Assembly (NCBI GenBank): GCA_965222375.1
Contig: CBDCTZ010000014.1
Coordinates: 448,001-512,000 of the forward strand
Source of the DNA: Polyangiaceae bacterium
GTDB taxonomy: Bacteria > Myxococcota_A > Polyangia > Polyangiales > Polyangiaceae
Reading direction: 5' to 3'
DNA: 64,000 nt
The position numbers and the translations under genes were made by a program. Numbering within the stretch: the stretch's first letter is position 1; each line of letters begins with the position of its first letter. Of the stretch, positions 18,950-28,210 are shown piece after piece. The notes under the pieces were generated by a model. That model saw only the letters and a list, made by a program, of their open reading frames with translations, was not told the origin of the DNA and ran no database searches.

Positions 18950-20200
18950 TCAGTTGGCGATGATTTCGTACAGGCGGCCGCCACTCTGATACTGCCAAGT
19001 ACCCGCGAACAGGCGGTCATTGTTTACTTCCAGCGCCCAAACAGACAGCTCTCCTAGTTGGCAGATCTGCTTCCACGACTTCCCGCCGATGGAGAACAGA
19101 ACCCGCGCCTTGCCGCTGTCACCCTTCCACCCCGCTGCCGTCCCCGCGAACAGCGCTCCACCCCAGTCTTTGATGTCCGTGACGTACTTCTGATTATGGG
19201 TGTACATCTTCGTGTAAGAAGTGCCGTCGTACTTCCAGATCCCAGAAACACCATTGGAGTAGTAGGAAGCGCTAGACAGCCACAGCTGGCCCCCGAAAAC
19301 GTGCGAGCGGAAGTAGCGAGCCCCGACTGCCTTCTGGGTCCAGCTGGTCCCGTTGCTCGAGGAGATCACGTAGCCCTGCTTGGTACTCAGGTTCACTGCG
19401 TACGCGTATATCGTGCCCTTGTAGTGGACGATTTCTCTCACGTAACGATTCGAACTGCCACTGTCCCACACGGTCTGCCAGCTGCCGCCATCCGTGGACC
19501 GCAAGATCTTGCCGCTCTTTTTCGAAACGATGTCGTAGTTGATCGCGTAGATGTGGCTGCTTGTTTTTGCCAAGCCGCAGCCGATCGTTCCACTCCCACC
19601 GTTGTAGACGAGCTTCCAGTTCTTGCCGTCTGCACTACGAAAAACGTCTCCGCTGTTTTCCGTGTTGGCGTAGAGCTGCCCACCGAAGTCTTCCATGGCG
19701 CAGACGGACTCGCCGATCCCCAGCAGGCCCGGCTTGACCTGCTGCCATGGGGGGTAGGAGTAGAGCATGCTCGTGTTGCTTAGGCCGTAGCCGAACAGCC
19801 CCACGTTGAGCCTGCCGCCAAAGGACTTGAGGCTGAAGATCCCGTCCGGCTTGACGGTATTGAGAGACTTGCAGGTGTAGGAGGTCGGGATCGGCTTTGT
19901 TCCGCCACTGCCTCCACTCGCGGAGCCTGCGCTTCCCGCACCGCTTCCGCCCGCTCCCGCAAGTCCAGCGCTTCCGCCACCGATGTGGGTCGAGCCGCTA
20001 GTTCCTGCGTATCCGCCATAGGCTCCGCCGCCGCTCGCGCCGAGGCCCGCCGTGCTGCCACCGCCGCCCGCCGCGTCGCCACCAGCACCGGCCGCACCAG
20101 GACCCAAGGTGGAGCCGTCATGTCCTTCGCCGCCACACCCGGCCGAGAGCGCGGCCCCTAACAGCCAGAAGAGCGTGCGGTTCGTGGAATAGGATTTCAT
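18950..20200 (-). CDS. Lipoprotein with Asp-box/BNR-like beta-propeller
   Basis: Lipobox SAGC, Gly linker, repeats RSADGKNW, RSTDGGSW, SSSNGTSW, FSIGGKSW. Confidence 0.75.
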   Translation of the reverse strand: MKSYSTNRTLFWLLGAALSAGCGGEGHDGSTLGPGAAGAGGDAAGGGGSTAGLGASGGGAYGGYAGTSGSTHIGGGSAGLAGAGGSGAGSAGSASGGSGGTKPIPTSYTCKSLNTVKPDGIFSLKSFGGRLNVGLFGYGLSNTSMLYSYPPWQQVKPGLLGIGESVCAMEDFGGQLYANTENSGDVFRSADGKNWKLVYNGGSGTIGCGLAKTSSHIYAINYDIVSKKSGKILRSTDGGSWQTVWDSGSSNRYVREIVHYKGTIYAYAVNLSTKQGYVISSSNGTSWTQKAVGARYFRSHVFGGQLWLSSASYYSNGVSGIWKYDGTSYTKMYTHNQKYVTDIKDWGGALFAGTAAGWKGDSGKARVLFSIGGKSWKQICQLGELSVWALEVNNDRLFAGTWQYQSGGRLYEIIAN

Positions 20201-20217
20201 GTGCGCGCCAGAAGAGT

Positions 20218-21345
20218 TCAGCGTGGCACGGTGACGACGTCGCAAGGGAACGTGCCGCTGATTGAGTGGTCTCCGCTTTGGATGGCATCGCAGGCTTTGC
20301 CTCGCAGTTCGACCTCCGTCGGTGACTTGAGACTCCACCCGTCTGGGTCGTTGTAAGCCAGTGGTGTGCTATCGAGGAGGACCGTGCCCTCGCCGGCGCG
20401 AGATGCATCCACGGTACCATTTACGGTCAGTACGCAGTCGCGCACACCGTTTACAATCGACTGAAAAGCGTTGACCAGCTGTTGCTGATTGTTGGCCTGG
20501 TAGTATGGCACGTTCTTGGCGCCGCCGACCGGTAGCCCAGCCCCCGCGTTGGCGACATCCTGTAGGTGCGACTTGCTGATACTCGCGCCCACGCTGATCA
20601 CGAATAGGTCGATGTTCTTGGCACTTGCTTGCTTCGCGGCATCGACGGAGCGCTTTTGAGCTGCGGCGTCGTGGCCATGCGGGTCTGCGCAGGTATCCGG
20701 TTCGCCGTCCGTTGCCAGAACAATTGCTTTGGGGCCTGGCTGCTTGAACGCCGAGAGCTTCGCCACGGCCGCATCGATGCTCTCGCCAGTTGGCGTATCC
20801 TTGACTGGCGCCGCTCCCGCCAGGCTGGCCTGGATCGCCGCCTTGGCCGAGAGCGTGATGGCTGTTTCGGTCAGCCTTGGGCACTTGCCACCGCTATTTC
20901 CGCTTAGGCTGGTGTAGAGCGAGAGGCCGAATCGCACCCTCTTTTCGAGCGAGCTCACGACCCCAGTGTTGGCTGCGAGCAACGCCGTGTTGACGGCTTG
21001 CCAACGCGAGACGCCTCCAAAGTCGTCCTTCATGCTTCCGGATTGGTCGACGAGCAAGATGACGGACGGGATCGTGGGCGTGAGCTTCACCGAGATATCG
21101 GCGCAAGTCGTGGTGCCACCAGAACCGAGGGGTGTGCTCCCTGTTGACCCTGCCATGCCGATGATCGGTCCCATTCCCGCGCTGCCGTTGCCGCCGAAGC
21201 TCCCTGCGATACCTGGTTCGACGTCGCGTTCATCGGCGATGCCGGATTCTGCGCCGCAGGCGATGACACCCGTGAGCAAACCGATAGCGCTGACGACGAG
21301 CAGAGTTCGTGAACGGCGTTGGCTCTTGCAGATTGCGACTTTCAT
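20218..21345 (-). CDS. vWA-domain lipoprotein (CglB-like architecture)
   Basis: Lipobox VIAC, MIDAS motif DQSGSM, TPTG, LATDGEPD, Cys-containing C-terminal domain. Confidence 0.85.
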   Translation of the reverse strand: MKVAICKSQRRSRTLLVVSAIGLLTGVIACGAESGIADERDVEPGIAGSFGGNGSAGMGPIIGMAGSTGSTPLGSGGTTTCADISVKLTPTIPSVILLVDQSGSMKDDFGGVSRWQAVNTALLAANTGVVSSLEKRVRFGLSLYTSLSGNSGGKCPRLTETAITLSAKAAIQASLAGAAPVKDTPTGESIDAAVAKLSAFKQPGPKAIVLATDGEPDTCADPHGHDAAAQKRSVDAAKQASAKNIDLFVISVGASISKSHLQDVANAGAGLPVGGAKNVPYYQANNQQQLVNAFQSIVNGVRDCVLTVNGTVDASRAGEGTVLLDSTPLAYNDPDGWSLKSPTEVELRGKACDAIQSGDHSISGTFPCDVVTVPR

Positions 21346-21360
21346 CCCAACCTAATAAAG

Positions 21361-21376
21361 AGCAACCTCCGTGCCA
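21361..21376 (-). promoter_or_regulatory. Sigma54 promoter
   Basis: Minus strand TGGCACG-GAGG-TTGCT, matching the consensus, just upstream of ATG at 21345. Confidence 0.85.
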
Positions 21377-21504
21377 CTCGCTCACCGCGGGTTGCCCGGG
21401 ACGTGCCGGTTCGGCGCGTCGCTGCAAGTAGTACGAGTTACTCGCTTTTCGCCCAGCGGCGTGCGGAATACTGAACTTTGGCGGGGCGCTCGCGGACCGA
21501 CCAG

Positions 21505-21525
21505 TGTTCGTACAGTGTCCGAACA
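21505..21525. promoter_or_regulatory. Putative enhancer (UAS) site 3
   Basis: Minus strand TGTTCGGACA-C-TGTACGAACA, 19/21 identical to site 1, about 140 bp upstream of the sigma54 promoter. Confidence 0.75.
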
Positions 21526-21527
21526 CA

Positions 21528-22094
21528 TCAGCTACGATTTCGCGGCACCCAGCTGACTCGGAAACGCCAGCGCCGCTTGTTCACCGGCTCGATTGTCGTG
21601 GGGTAGGGCGTGCGGCCCAGCATCGAGATGATGGTGTCGCTCCAGCCTGCCATTACGTCGGGAATGCCCTCGGGCAGGTCGGAATCGTCCAGCTGTCCGA
21701 TCAGGAAATCGTCGCCCTCTTCCACGACCAAGAACGTGCCTGTGGTGCTCTGCCGGCTCCACACGCTCGACGCCCGATTGAACACCCGGGCCGGCGTCGC
21801 GAACTTCAGGAAGATCCGATAGATCAAGTGGACTTGGTAGCGCGCCGCCATGGCCCCCAGTTCTCGTAGCTCGTTGGCGTCGTTATTGACCGCTTCGCAG
21901 AACGCTCGCATCAGGTCGTGTAAGTGCGAGCGCTCGTACCAACTATTGGCGTAGATGGGAGCCGCGAAGAAGTCTCGCCCGCTCGGGCTCAGGTGATCTT
22001 CGACCCTCGTCCACAGCGCGCTTCGGTCACGCTGCAACGGCGTGATGTACGACAGAATCGCGTACCCTTTGACCTTGGAGTCGTCCTGCGCCAT
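21528..22094 (-). CDS. Myxobacterial hypothetical protein (DUF2378-like)
   Basis: KVKG...SWY...LG...A......YRIFLKFATP...RA..VW pattern. Confidence 0.6.
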   Translation of the reverse strand: MAQDDSKVKGYAILSYITPLQRDRSALWTRVEDHLSPSGRDFFAAPIYANSWYERSHLHDLMRAFCEAVNNDANELRELGAMAARYQVHLIYRIFLKFATPARVFNRASSVWSRQSTTGTFLVVEEGDDFLIGQLDDSDLPEGIPDVMAGWSDTIISMLGRTPYPTTIEPVNKRRWRFRVSWVPRNRS

Positions 22095-22106
22095 CCCCGC
22101 TCCAGC

Positions 22107-22985
22107 TCAATCTGCGGCAACCGGCCCCTCGGCTGTCCACTTGTAGAAGCCCATGCCCACCTTCTTGCCCAGCCGCCCCGCGCGCACCATCTGCCGCAGC
22201 AGCGTCGGGGGTCGGAACTGGTCACCGACTTCTTTGTGCAGGTGGTCCAGGATGGCGAGGCGGACGTCCAGGCCGACCAGATCCGTCAACTTCAACGGCC
22301 CCATGGGGTGGCGATAGCCGAGCTCCATCGCGCGATCGATGTCCGCGGCCTTGGCGACTCCGGATTCCAACATGCGGATCGCTTCCGCACCCAGCGCCAC
22401 GCCCAGGCGACTGCTGGCAAAGCCGGGGAAGTCGTTGACGACAATGGGCTCCTTCTTGATCTGCTTGGCAAAGGCGAGCCCGCGCTCCACGCTACTCTCT
22501 TCCGTACCCAGCCCGCGCACGATCTCGAGCAGGGGCATGACCGGAGGCGGATTGAAGAAGTGCAGACCTAGTGTGCGGCCCGGCTGCCCGATCCGGTTGC
22601 CGAGCTCCGTGAGGGAAAGGCTCGACGTATTCGAAGCGAGCAGAGCGTCCCCAGTGGCGTGATCTCGCGCCTGTTCCATCAGTTGAACCTTCAAGTCCAT
22701 TCTCTCTGGCGCAGCTTCGATCACGATCTCGGCATCACCGCAGGCCCCTTTCAGGTCCTCGGTGGTGGTGATGCGCGCCTTGGCGGCGTCGCCCGCGGCG
22801 GCGTCGAGCTTGCCCTTGTCGACCATGCGCTTGAGTTGTTTCCCAATAGCCTGCGTGGCATTCGCCAGGACCTTGGGCGCGACGTCGTATAGCCCGACGT
22901 CGACGCTGTGCTGCGCGGCGAGCTGTGCGATTCCACGCCCCATGGTGCCAGCCCCCAAGACGGCAATGCGTTTCACTTGAGACAT
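22107..22985 (-). CDS. 3-hydroxybutyryl-CoA / 3-hydroxyacyl-CoA dehydrogenase
   Basis: LGAGTMGRGIA, IEAAPE, LASNTSSLS, GLHFFNP, HPMGPLKLTDLVGLD, GRLGKKVGMGFY. Confidence 0.95.
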   Translation of the reverse strand: MSQVKRIAVLGAGTMGRGIAQLAAQHSVDVGLYDVAPKVLANATQAIGKQLKRMVDKGKLDAAAGDAAKARITTTEDLKGACGDAEIVIEAAPERMDLKVQLMEQARDHATGDALLASNTSSLSLTELGNRIGQPGRTLGLHFFNPPPVMPLLEIVRGLGTEESSVERGLAFAKQIKKEPIVVNDFPGFASSRLGVALGAEAIRMLESGVAKAADIDRAMELGYRHPMGPLKLTDLVGLDVRLAILDHLHKEVGDQFRPPTLLRQMVRAGRLGKKVGMGFYKWTAEGPVAAD

Positions 22986-23026
22986 GCCCTGTGCCTACGG
23001 CTGCCGCTGCCGGGCATCAACCCCGC

Positions 23027-23734
23027 TCAAACGCGCAGGGCGTTCTTGCCGAGGCTGGATTCACAGGTCACGCAACTCCGAGGAACGTGGCGGTGGTGGT
23101 ACACCTGACCACAGGTCGCGCACACCCTCGCGTCGCGCTCCAGGGTGATCATCTCGTCACTTTCCGCACAGCGCCGTCCGGCAATCTGCAGATCTTTCAC
23201 GACCAGCTTTTCACCGTCGCTGTCCCGAGCTTCGGGCAGTCCGTCTGCGGCACTGCCCTTCACGTCCAGGGCTTCGGGCACTCTCTCTGCGGCTTCCTTG
23301 AGGATCCAGGCGATCGCTAGCTTGTGGGCCGCTACGGGGATCTCCAGCTTCGTGCCATCTCCGGCGACGACGAGATTGCCCCCGACCAGCTTGATGTTGT
23401 CGATGTCGCACCACAGCAGGCGCATCACGTCGGAGCCGCGTTCGACGGCAACGCCGCCTTCGCCAACTCGCACCGGCGTGCCCGACACGTCGCCGAACCA
23501 CATCGCTGCGCCGAGCACGATTGCGCCGCCGGCGACCAAATAGGTCCCGTAGCTCAGGGCGGGGTCGCGTATCCATTGGGCATACACCCCCGCACCCAGG
23601 CACAGTGCGCCCGCCGCACCGAGCAGCGCGGAGCCCTTGGAGCTCTGCATCGCGTCTGCGACGAACTTGCGCTCGTATCGCTTCTTCTTGATGCCGCTCT
23701 TCTTCTTGCGTTTCTTGGTGCTGGATTCGGCCAT
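23027..23734 (-). CDS. Membrane protein with C-terminal Cys/His zinc-finger-like cluster
   Basis: Basic N-terminus, two TM helices, C..S...C..C...YH..H....C..C. Confidence 0.7.
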   Translation of the reverse strand: MAESSTKKRKKKSGIKKKRYERKFVADAMQSSKGSALLGAAGALCLGAGVYAQWIRDPALSYGTYLVAGGAIVLGAAMWFGDVSGTPVRVGEGGVAVERGSDVMRLLWCDIDNIKLVGGNLVVAGDGTKLEIPVAAHKLAIAWILKEAAERVPEALDVKGSAADGLPEARDSDGEKLVVKDLQIAGRRCAESDEMITLERDARVCATCGQVYHHRHVPRSCVTCESSLGKNALRV

Positions 23735-23915
23735 GAAGGCCGTGGACGTTAGCGAAAAACTCCGCCCCTTGGCACACAAGCCTGCGGGCGAGCTGCTGCG
23801 CTCGCAAAAAGCCCGGAAAAGCCTGGGGTTGCCTGGCTTTGGCTCCGGCTGACCCGGGACCCTGCCCAGGCTCGCGAGCCGCCACGCCGAGCCAATACGC
23901 GATAGAACGTCAGTC

Positions 23916-25244
23916 ATGCCGCCTCGTCGCCGGCGCCTGCATGCCCTGCTGTACGTGCTGCCCGTGCTTTCCGTGGCCGTGGTTGCTCTCGCGATCTTGG
24001 GTCCTGGCGCGGATCGGCCGTATCGAGTTGCACGTGTCTACGCGGGGCCGACGGATGGAGTGAACTCCCTGCCGTTGCATCTCGTCGTGGTGGACCGCCT
24101 AGGCGAAGTCGAGCGCGGTGTTGCCGAGCGCTCTGTCGAGATCGCCGTCCAGGTGGGCGGTCGAGAGCTGGTGCGCCAGGCCTTCGTCACGGACTCGCGT
24201 GGGCATGCCTGGCCCACTCTCGAGTTCGAAAACCCCGGTGGTGCTTTCGAGCTCAGGGTCCGGGATGGTCCTCGCAGTATCGCTACCGGCATGGTGCAGT
24301 TGACCGCCGGGCAGTGGACTGACAAGGCGCGTAGTCGGGGCGGCTTCGTCAAGGGCAAGCGCAAAGGCGAACTGCGGGTCAGCGTTGCTCCAGAGCGCGG
24401 CGTGCTGGCCGTGCCTTTCGGCGATCATCTCATCGTGGAAGTGCGGGACTCCGACGGAGTGATCTCTGGAGCCAAGGTCCTTGTTCATCAAGAAGGCGAC
24501 AAGCCGAAAGCCGAGGCCACGACGGACGAGAGCGGTCGCGTTCGCGTTCCGATCGAGGTTCCCGAGCACGCGATGAGCGTGAAGGCGCACGCCTCCACCA
24601 GCGACGGACGCGACGGCACGTTTTGGGGCGCCCTGCCGGTGGTTCCCGGCGCTCTGGACGCGCGTTCGAGTGACGCGGGCATTCGCGTTGAATCCCCGAT
24701 CCTCCGAGAAGTGGCTTACGTTGCTCTGCTCACCAACTCCGGCCGCCAAGCCCATGCAGCCATCCCCCTGGAAGCCGACGGTCGCGGTGGTTCGATCGGG
24801 CTCTGGAAGGTGCCGGTCCCCAAGAGCGAGGACAGTTGGTGCATGACCTCGAGCGAATCCGACTTCCAAGCTCCCGCCACCGTGGGCTGGCCTTTGCGCT
24901 CCTCGGCCCGGCTTGGTCAAACCTTTGCCGTTGCCGACGTGCTGGTGCTGGACGGAACACCCGCGGCTTTCTCAGTACAGAAGAAGCGGCGCATGCGTGC
25001 GCGTTGGTTCGCCGGGGCCTTCGTGGTTGGCGCAGCGCTGCTTGCGATTGCGCTCATGGCCCTCGAGAACCAACTCACCACTCGCGACCTGTCGCGCCAC
25101 TTGGCGGCCGCGGGCACTTCCGACGAAGAACTCGCGCGGCTGACCTCCAAGTCCTTGTGGCCCTTCATCGTGCTCACGGCGCTGGCGTGCGTGCTCCTGG
25201 GCTTCACCCTGATCGCGCTTTTGACCCTGGCGCACGGCATGTGA
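23916..25244 (+). CDS. Membrane-anchored hypothetical protein with Ig-like beta domains
   Basis: N-terminal TM, beta-rich middle, two C-terminal TM helices. Confidence 0.7.
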   Translation: MPPRRRRLHALLYVLPVLSVAVVALAILGPGADRPYRVARVYAGPTDGVNSLPLHLVVVDRLGEVERGVAERSVEIAVQVGGRELVRQAFVTDSRGHAWPTLEFENPGGAFELRVRDGPRSIATGMVQLTAGQWTDKARSRGGFVKGKRKGELRVSVAPERGVLAVPFGDHLIVEVRDSDGVISGAKVLVHQEGDKPKAEATTDESGRVRVPIEVPEHAMSVKAHASTSDGRDGTFWGALPVVPGALDARSSDAGIRVESPILREVAYVALLTNSGRQAHAAIPLEADGRGGSIGLWKVPVPKSEDSWCMTSSESDFQAPATVGWPLRSSARLGQTFAVADVLVLDGTPAAFSVQKKRRMRARWFAGAFVVGAALLAIALMALENQLTTRDLSRHLAAAGTSDEELARLTSKSLWPFIVLTALACVLLGFTLIALLTLAHGM

Positions 25245-25273
25245 ATGAAAGTCAGATCTGGTAGGCTCGCGCC

Positions 25274-26305
25274 GTGATGCGCAGCGACAGCATGTTGCAC
25301 CGGTTCTGTCGACCGTGGTCCTCGGGCTGGATCGCCTTAGTGAGCGCGCTCGCCTGTGGTAGCGGCGGGGCGCCCCGTCAGGCCGTGGCGGAACCAGCAC
25401 GCCACGCCGAGAAGGCCTCGGTGATCAGCGCCGTGACCGCGAACCGCGTGAAGCTCGCCTGGGACGCGGCTTCCGGCGGCTATGGACGCGCCATCGCCTT
25501 GAGCCGGAAACACCGCCGCGTCGCCTACGCCAGCCGCAAGCACATCGCTCTGTATGACTTGTTCAAAGGCAAGCTGCTCGGCAAGGCAACACCATGTAAC
25601 GACGTGGTCCACACGGGTCTCGGCTTCGTCGGCGCGAAGCTTTATTTGGTGTGCGACGATCAACTCGTCACCTACGCTGCAGACAAGCTCGTCGCGGTGC
25701 AGTCTCCGGCCGTGGCCGACGCCAAAGTCACCGCAGCCGCTTTTGCAGCTGACCGCGTCGCTCTGGGGCACCGAGACGGCGTGGTGCGCGTCTACGATTT
25801 GCGACAGGGCTCGAGCGTGGAAATCAAGGTTCCGGGTCCGCCCATCGACGTCAAGAGCCTCGCGCTGTCCCAAGACGGCAAGCGCGTCGCCGTTGCGTGG
25901 GTCCAGGGTTCCGTGTGGTGGTGGGAGCTTTCTGCGCCGGACAAGTTCCACAAACTCGTTCGCCACGAGGCCGAGAGCGACGCACTGGCCTTCGACCCTA
26001 GCGGTCAGATCTTGGCAGAAGAAGGTGCGCGCCACACCACGACGCTCTGGGACCTCTCCGACCCGCCCAAAGGCCGCGTCAAGTTGCAGGGCGGTGACTG
26101 GATCAAGCAGATCCTGTTTTCCCCAGACGGCAAGTGGCTCGTCCGAGGCGGCAGCGATGGACTGCACTTGTCTGAGATCAACGGCCCCAGGCGTATCGTG
26201 CTCGAGGCCGGGGGCAAGGTGGAGGACGTCGCCGCGGACGAGACCTTCTCGACCCTGGCCGCCGCGGATCGTGATGGCCGCCTGAGCGTCTGGTCCGTGC
26301 GCTGA
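25274..26305 (+). CDS. WD40-repeat lipoprotein
   Basis: Lipobox ALAC; repeats LALSQDGKRVA, LAFDPSGQILA, ILFSPDGKWL, DGRLSVW. Confidence 0.82.
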   Translation: MMRSDSMLHRFCRPWSSGWIALVSALACGSGGAPRQAVAEPARHAEKASVISAVTANRVKLAWDAASGGYGRAIALSRKHRRVAYASRKHIALYDLFKGKLLGKATPCNDVVHTGLGFVGAKLYLVCDDQLVTYAADKLVAVQSPAVADAKVTAAAFAADRVALGHRDGVVRVYDLRQGSSVEIKVPGPPIDVKSLALSQDGKRVAVAWVQGSVWWWELSAPDKFHKLVRHEAESDALAFDPSGQILAEEGARHTTTLWDLSDPPKGRVKLQGGDWIKQILFSPDGKWLVRGGSDGLHLSEINGPRRIVLEAGGKVEDVAADETFSTLAAADRDGRLSVWSVR

Positions 26306-26365
26306 GCCGCCGGTACGAATTGGAGTAAGGAAGCTCCTTTTCGGCCGTTGTGCGTACTAGAGACC

Positions 26366-27220
26366 ATGTCGGGCGAAAAGCAGAGCAGGGCACGTAGGCG
26401 TTTTCTCAAGATTGTCGGCGGCTTAGCGGCTGTGGCTGGGTTGGGATTGGTCGTGAGCCAAGCCTCCGCCCACGGCAAGCGGCATCGCCCGAAGCCCTGG
26501 CAGCCCCGTCCGACCGCGCGTTTTTCGGCCCAGCTGGAATCCGCCAACGGTGGGACGCTCCGCACTTTTCGGCATCGCGGTCAGACCTTCGTGATGGGCG
26601 AGCATGGCGACCGCTACGTGATCGTCGTGCGCAACCCGACGGCCCAGCGAGTCGAGGCTGTGGTGACCGTCGATGGCCGCGACGTGATCAACGGTCGGCG
26701 CGGAGACTTCGTGCGCAACCGCGGCTACATCGTGCCCGCTTTTGGCACCACCCGCATCGATGGGTTCCGACAGAGCCTCAACCACGTTGCCGCGTTTCGT
26801 TTCGGCGATCCCGGCAGCAGCTACTCCTCGCAAATGGGCACGCCGCAGAACGTCGGCGTGATCGGCGTCGCGATCTTTCCCGAGCGTCGTCGTCGCCGCA
26901 TCATCGCCAAGGACCGCGCGCGAGCTGCGAAGCCCAAGTCTGCCCCGCGCAGCGCCGAGGCCAGGCGAGGTGGCGCGGACGCCCCCGGTCGCCTGGGCAC
27001 CCAATGGGGTGAAGATCGCACCAGCCGCGTGAGCCGGACCCGCTTCGTCCGCCTCAGCAATTCCCCGCGTCAGATCATCACCCTGCGCTACGACGACGCC
27101 GCCGGCCTGCGAGCGCGAGGCATCGAGATCTTTCCCCACCGCTTTCGCCCGATTCGTCCGGTAGGCTCACCGCAGCCCTTCCCGAACTCGGGCTTCGCAC
27201 CGCCGCCCCCGCGTCGCTGA
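26366..27220 (+). CDS. Conserved hypothetical exported protein, possible Tat substrate
   Basis: RRRFLK twin-arginine-like signal; GDRYVIVVRN...VEAVVTVDGRDVING, IDGFRQS, NVGVIGVAIF. Confidence 0.75.
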   Translation: MSGEKQSRARRRFLKIVGGLAAVAGLGLVVSQASAHGKRHRPKPWQPRPTARFSAQLESANGGTLRTFRHRGQTFVMGEHGDRYVIVVRNPTAQRVEAVVTVDGRDVINGRRGDFVRNRGYIVPAFGTTRIDGFRQSLNHVAAFRFGDPGSSYSSQMGTPQNVGVIGVAIFPERRRRRIIAKDRARAAKPKSAPRSAEARRGGADAPGRLGTQWGEDRTSRVSRTRFVRLSNSPRQIITLRYDDAAGLRARGIEIFPHRFRPIRPVGSPQPFPNSGFAPPPPRR

Positions 27221-27290
27221 AGGCCGCGCTCATCTCGCCCACCGCGTCGTCGATGCGTGTCAGCGCAAATATTGTTTTAGCACTAGGTGG

Positions 27291-27319
27291 GTTTGGTTTT
27301 TGGGGATGCAACAGAGCTG
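27291..27319. repeat. 29-bp AT-rich repeat, copy A (inverted copy at 38307-38334)
   Basis: gtttggtttttggggatgcaacagagctg versus the reverse complement of copy B, gtttgtttttggggaagcaacagagctg. Confidence 0.8.
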
Positions 27320-27447
27320 AACTGCAACCCCGAGCCTCCCGAACCGTGCCTCCCGCCCGCGGTCCGGGCAGCACGACTCGTCCTGCCCCGGCGCATTTGC
27401 GTTCCGGTAGCGTCACGTAGCGGGCCCGCACGACATCGAGCAGCTGT

Positions 27448-28182
27448 TCACGGTTGCTCCGGCACCACGAGGGTGACGGGTTCGACCAGCGTTCCCGCTC
27501 GCAGCGTCAGCGTGAGCGAACGCCCCGCAACCACGACGTCTTCAGGCAACTCGATGAAGGCGCGGCCACGGGCGTTGGTGGTCCCCTGGGCGCTGCGATG
27601 ATCGGGCAGCTCGAGGCTGACCGCCAGGTTCTGGGCGGGCTTCAAGGGCTCGCGCTCTGTGCGTAGCTGCTTCACCTCCGTCTCGCGCTCTATGCTCGTT
27701 TCGTCGTTGAAGTCGCCGATGTCTACGGCGAAACCAACAAAGGCTCCGATTCCAAATGGTGTGAACACGACTGCGGCGATTTTGGAGGCGTCATCGCCGT
27801 TACCCAGATAGAGCCAGAACATCCCGATGCCGAACTCGGTGAACCACATCACGTAGCTGGGGTGTTCGTGGACATGGGTTTTCACGTCCTGCGCGACCAA
27901 GGTGCCTCGTCTGCATGTGCTGCGCTCGGCGACGACGATGAGCACGCCGTTCTTGACGGCAGTTGCCCGCGCAAACGTCTCCTTGCGGCAGTCGTTGAGG
28001 GGCCGGCGCTCGGTGGAGAGCACCGTACGGGTTTCGGTGCGCAGGGTGGGGGCGCAGGAGACCGTGCTGAGGAGGAAAAGCGCGCCTAGAGCGAGGGCGA
28101 AGCGGGCTGCGAGAGGCGAGGGGTGACGAGAACGAATAGGAGTAGGAGTACGAGTACGAGCAGGAGTACGAGTACGGTTCAT
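27448..28182 (-). CDS. Lipoprotein/membrane protein with an RT-repeat N-terminus
   Basis: MNRTRTPARTRTPTP n-region, signal peptide ending TVSC, two internal hydrophobic segments. Confidence 0.7.
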   Translation of the reverse strand: MNRTRTPARTRTPTPIRSRHPSPLAARFALALGALFLLSTVSCAPTLRTETRTVLSTERRPLNDCRKETFARATAVKNGVLIVVAERSTCRRGTLVAQDVKTHVHEHPSYVMWFTEFGIGMFWLYLGNGDDASKIAAVVFTPFGIGAFVGFAVDIGDFNDETSIERETEVKQLRTEREPLKPAQNLAVSLELPDHRSAQGTTNARGRAFIELPEDVVVAGRSLTLTLRAGTLVEPVTLVVPEQP

Positions 28183-28210
28183 TGGGGCGAGGTAGGGCCG
28201 CTCTAATCGG
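28045..28210. repeat. Diverged direct repeat, copy 1 (5' end of the 27448-28182 gene, including GAGTAC hexamers)
   Basis: Aligns by eye with 34464-34631. Confidence 0.75.
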
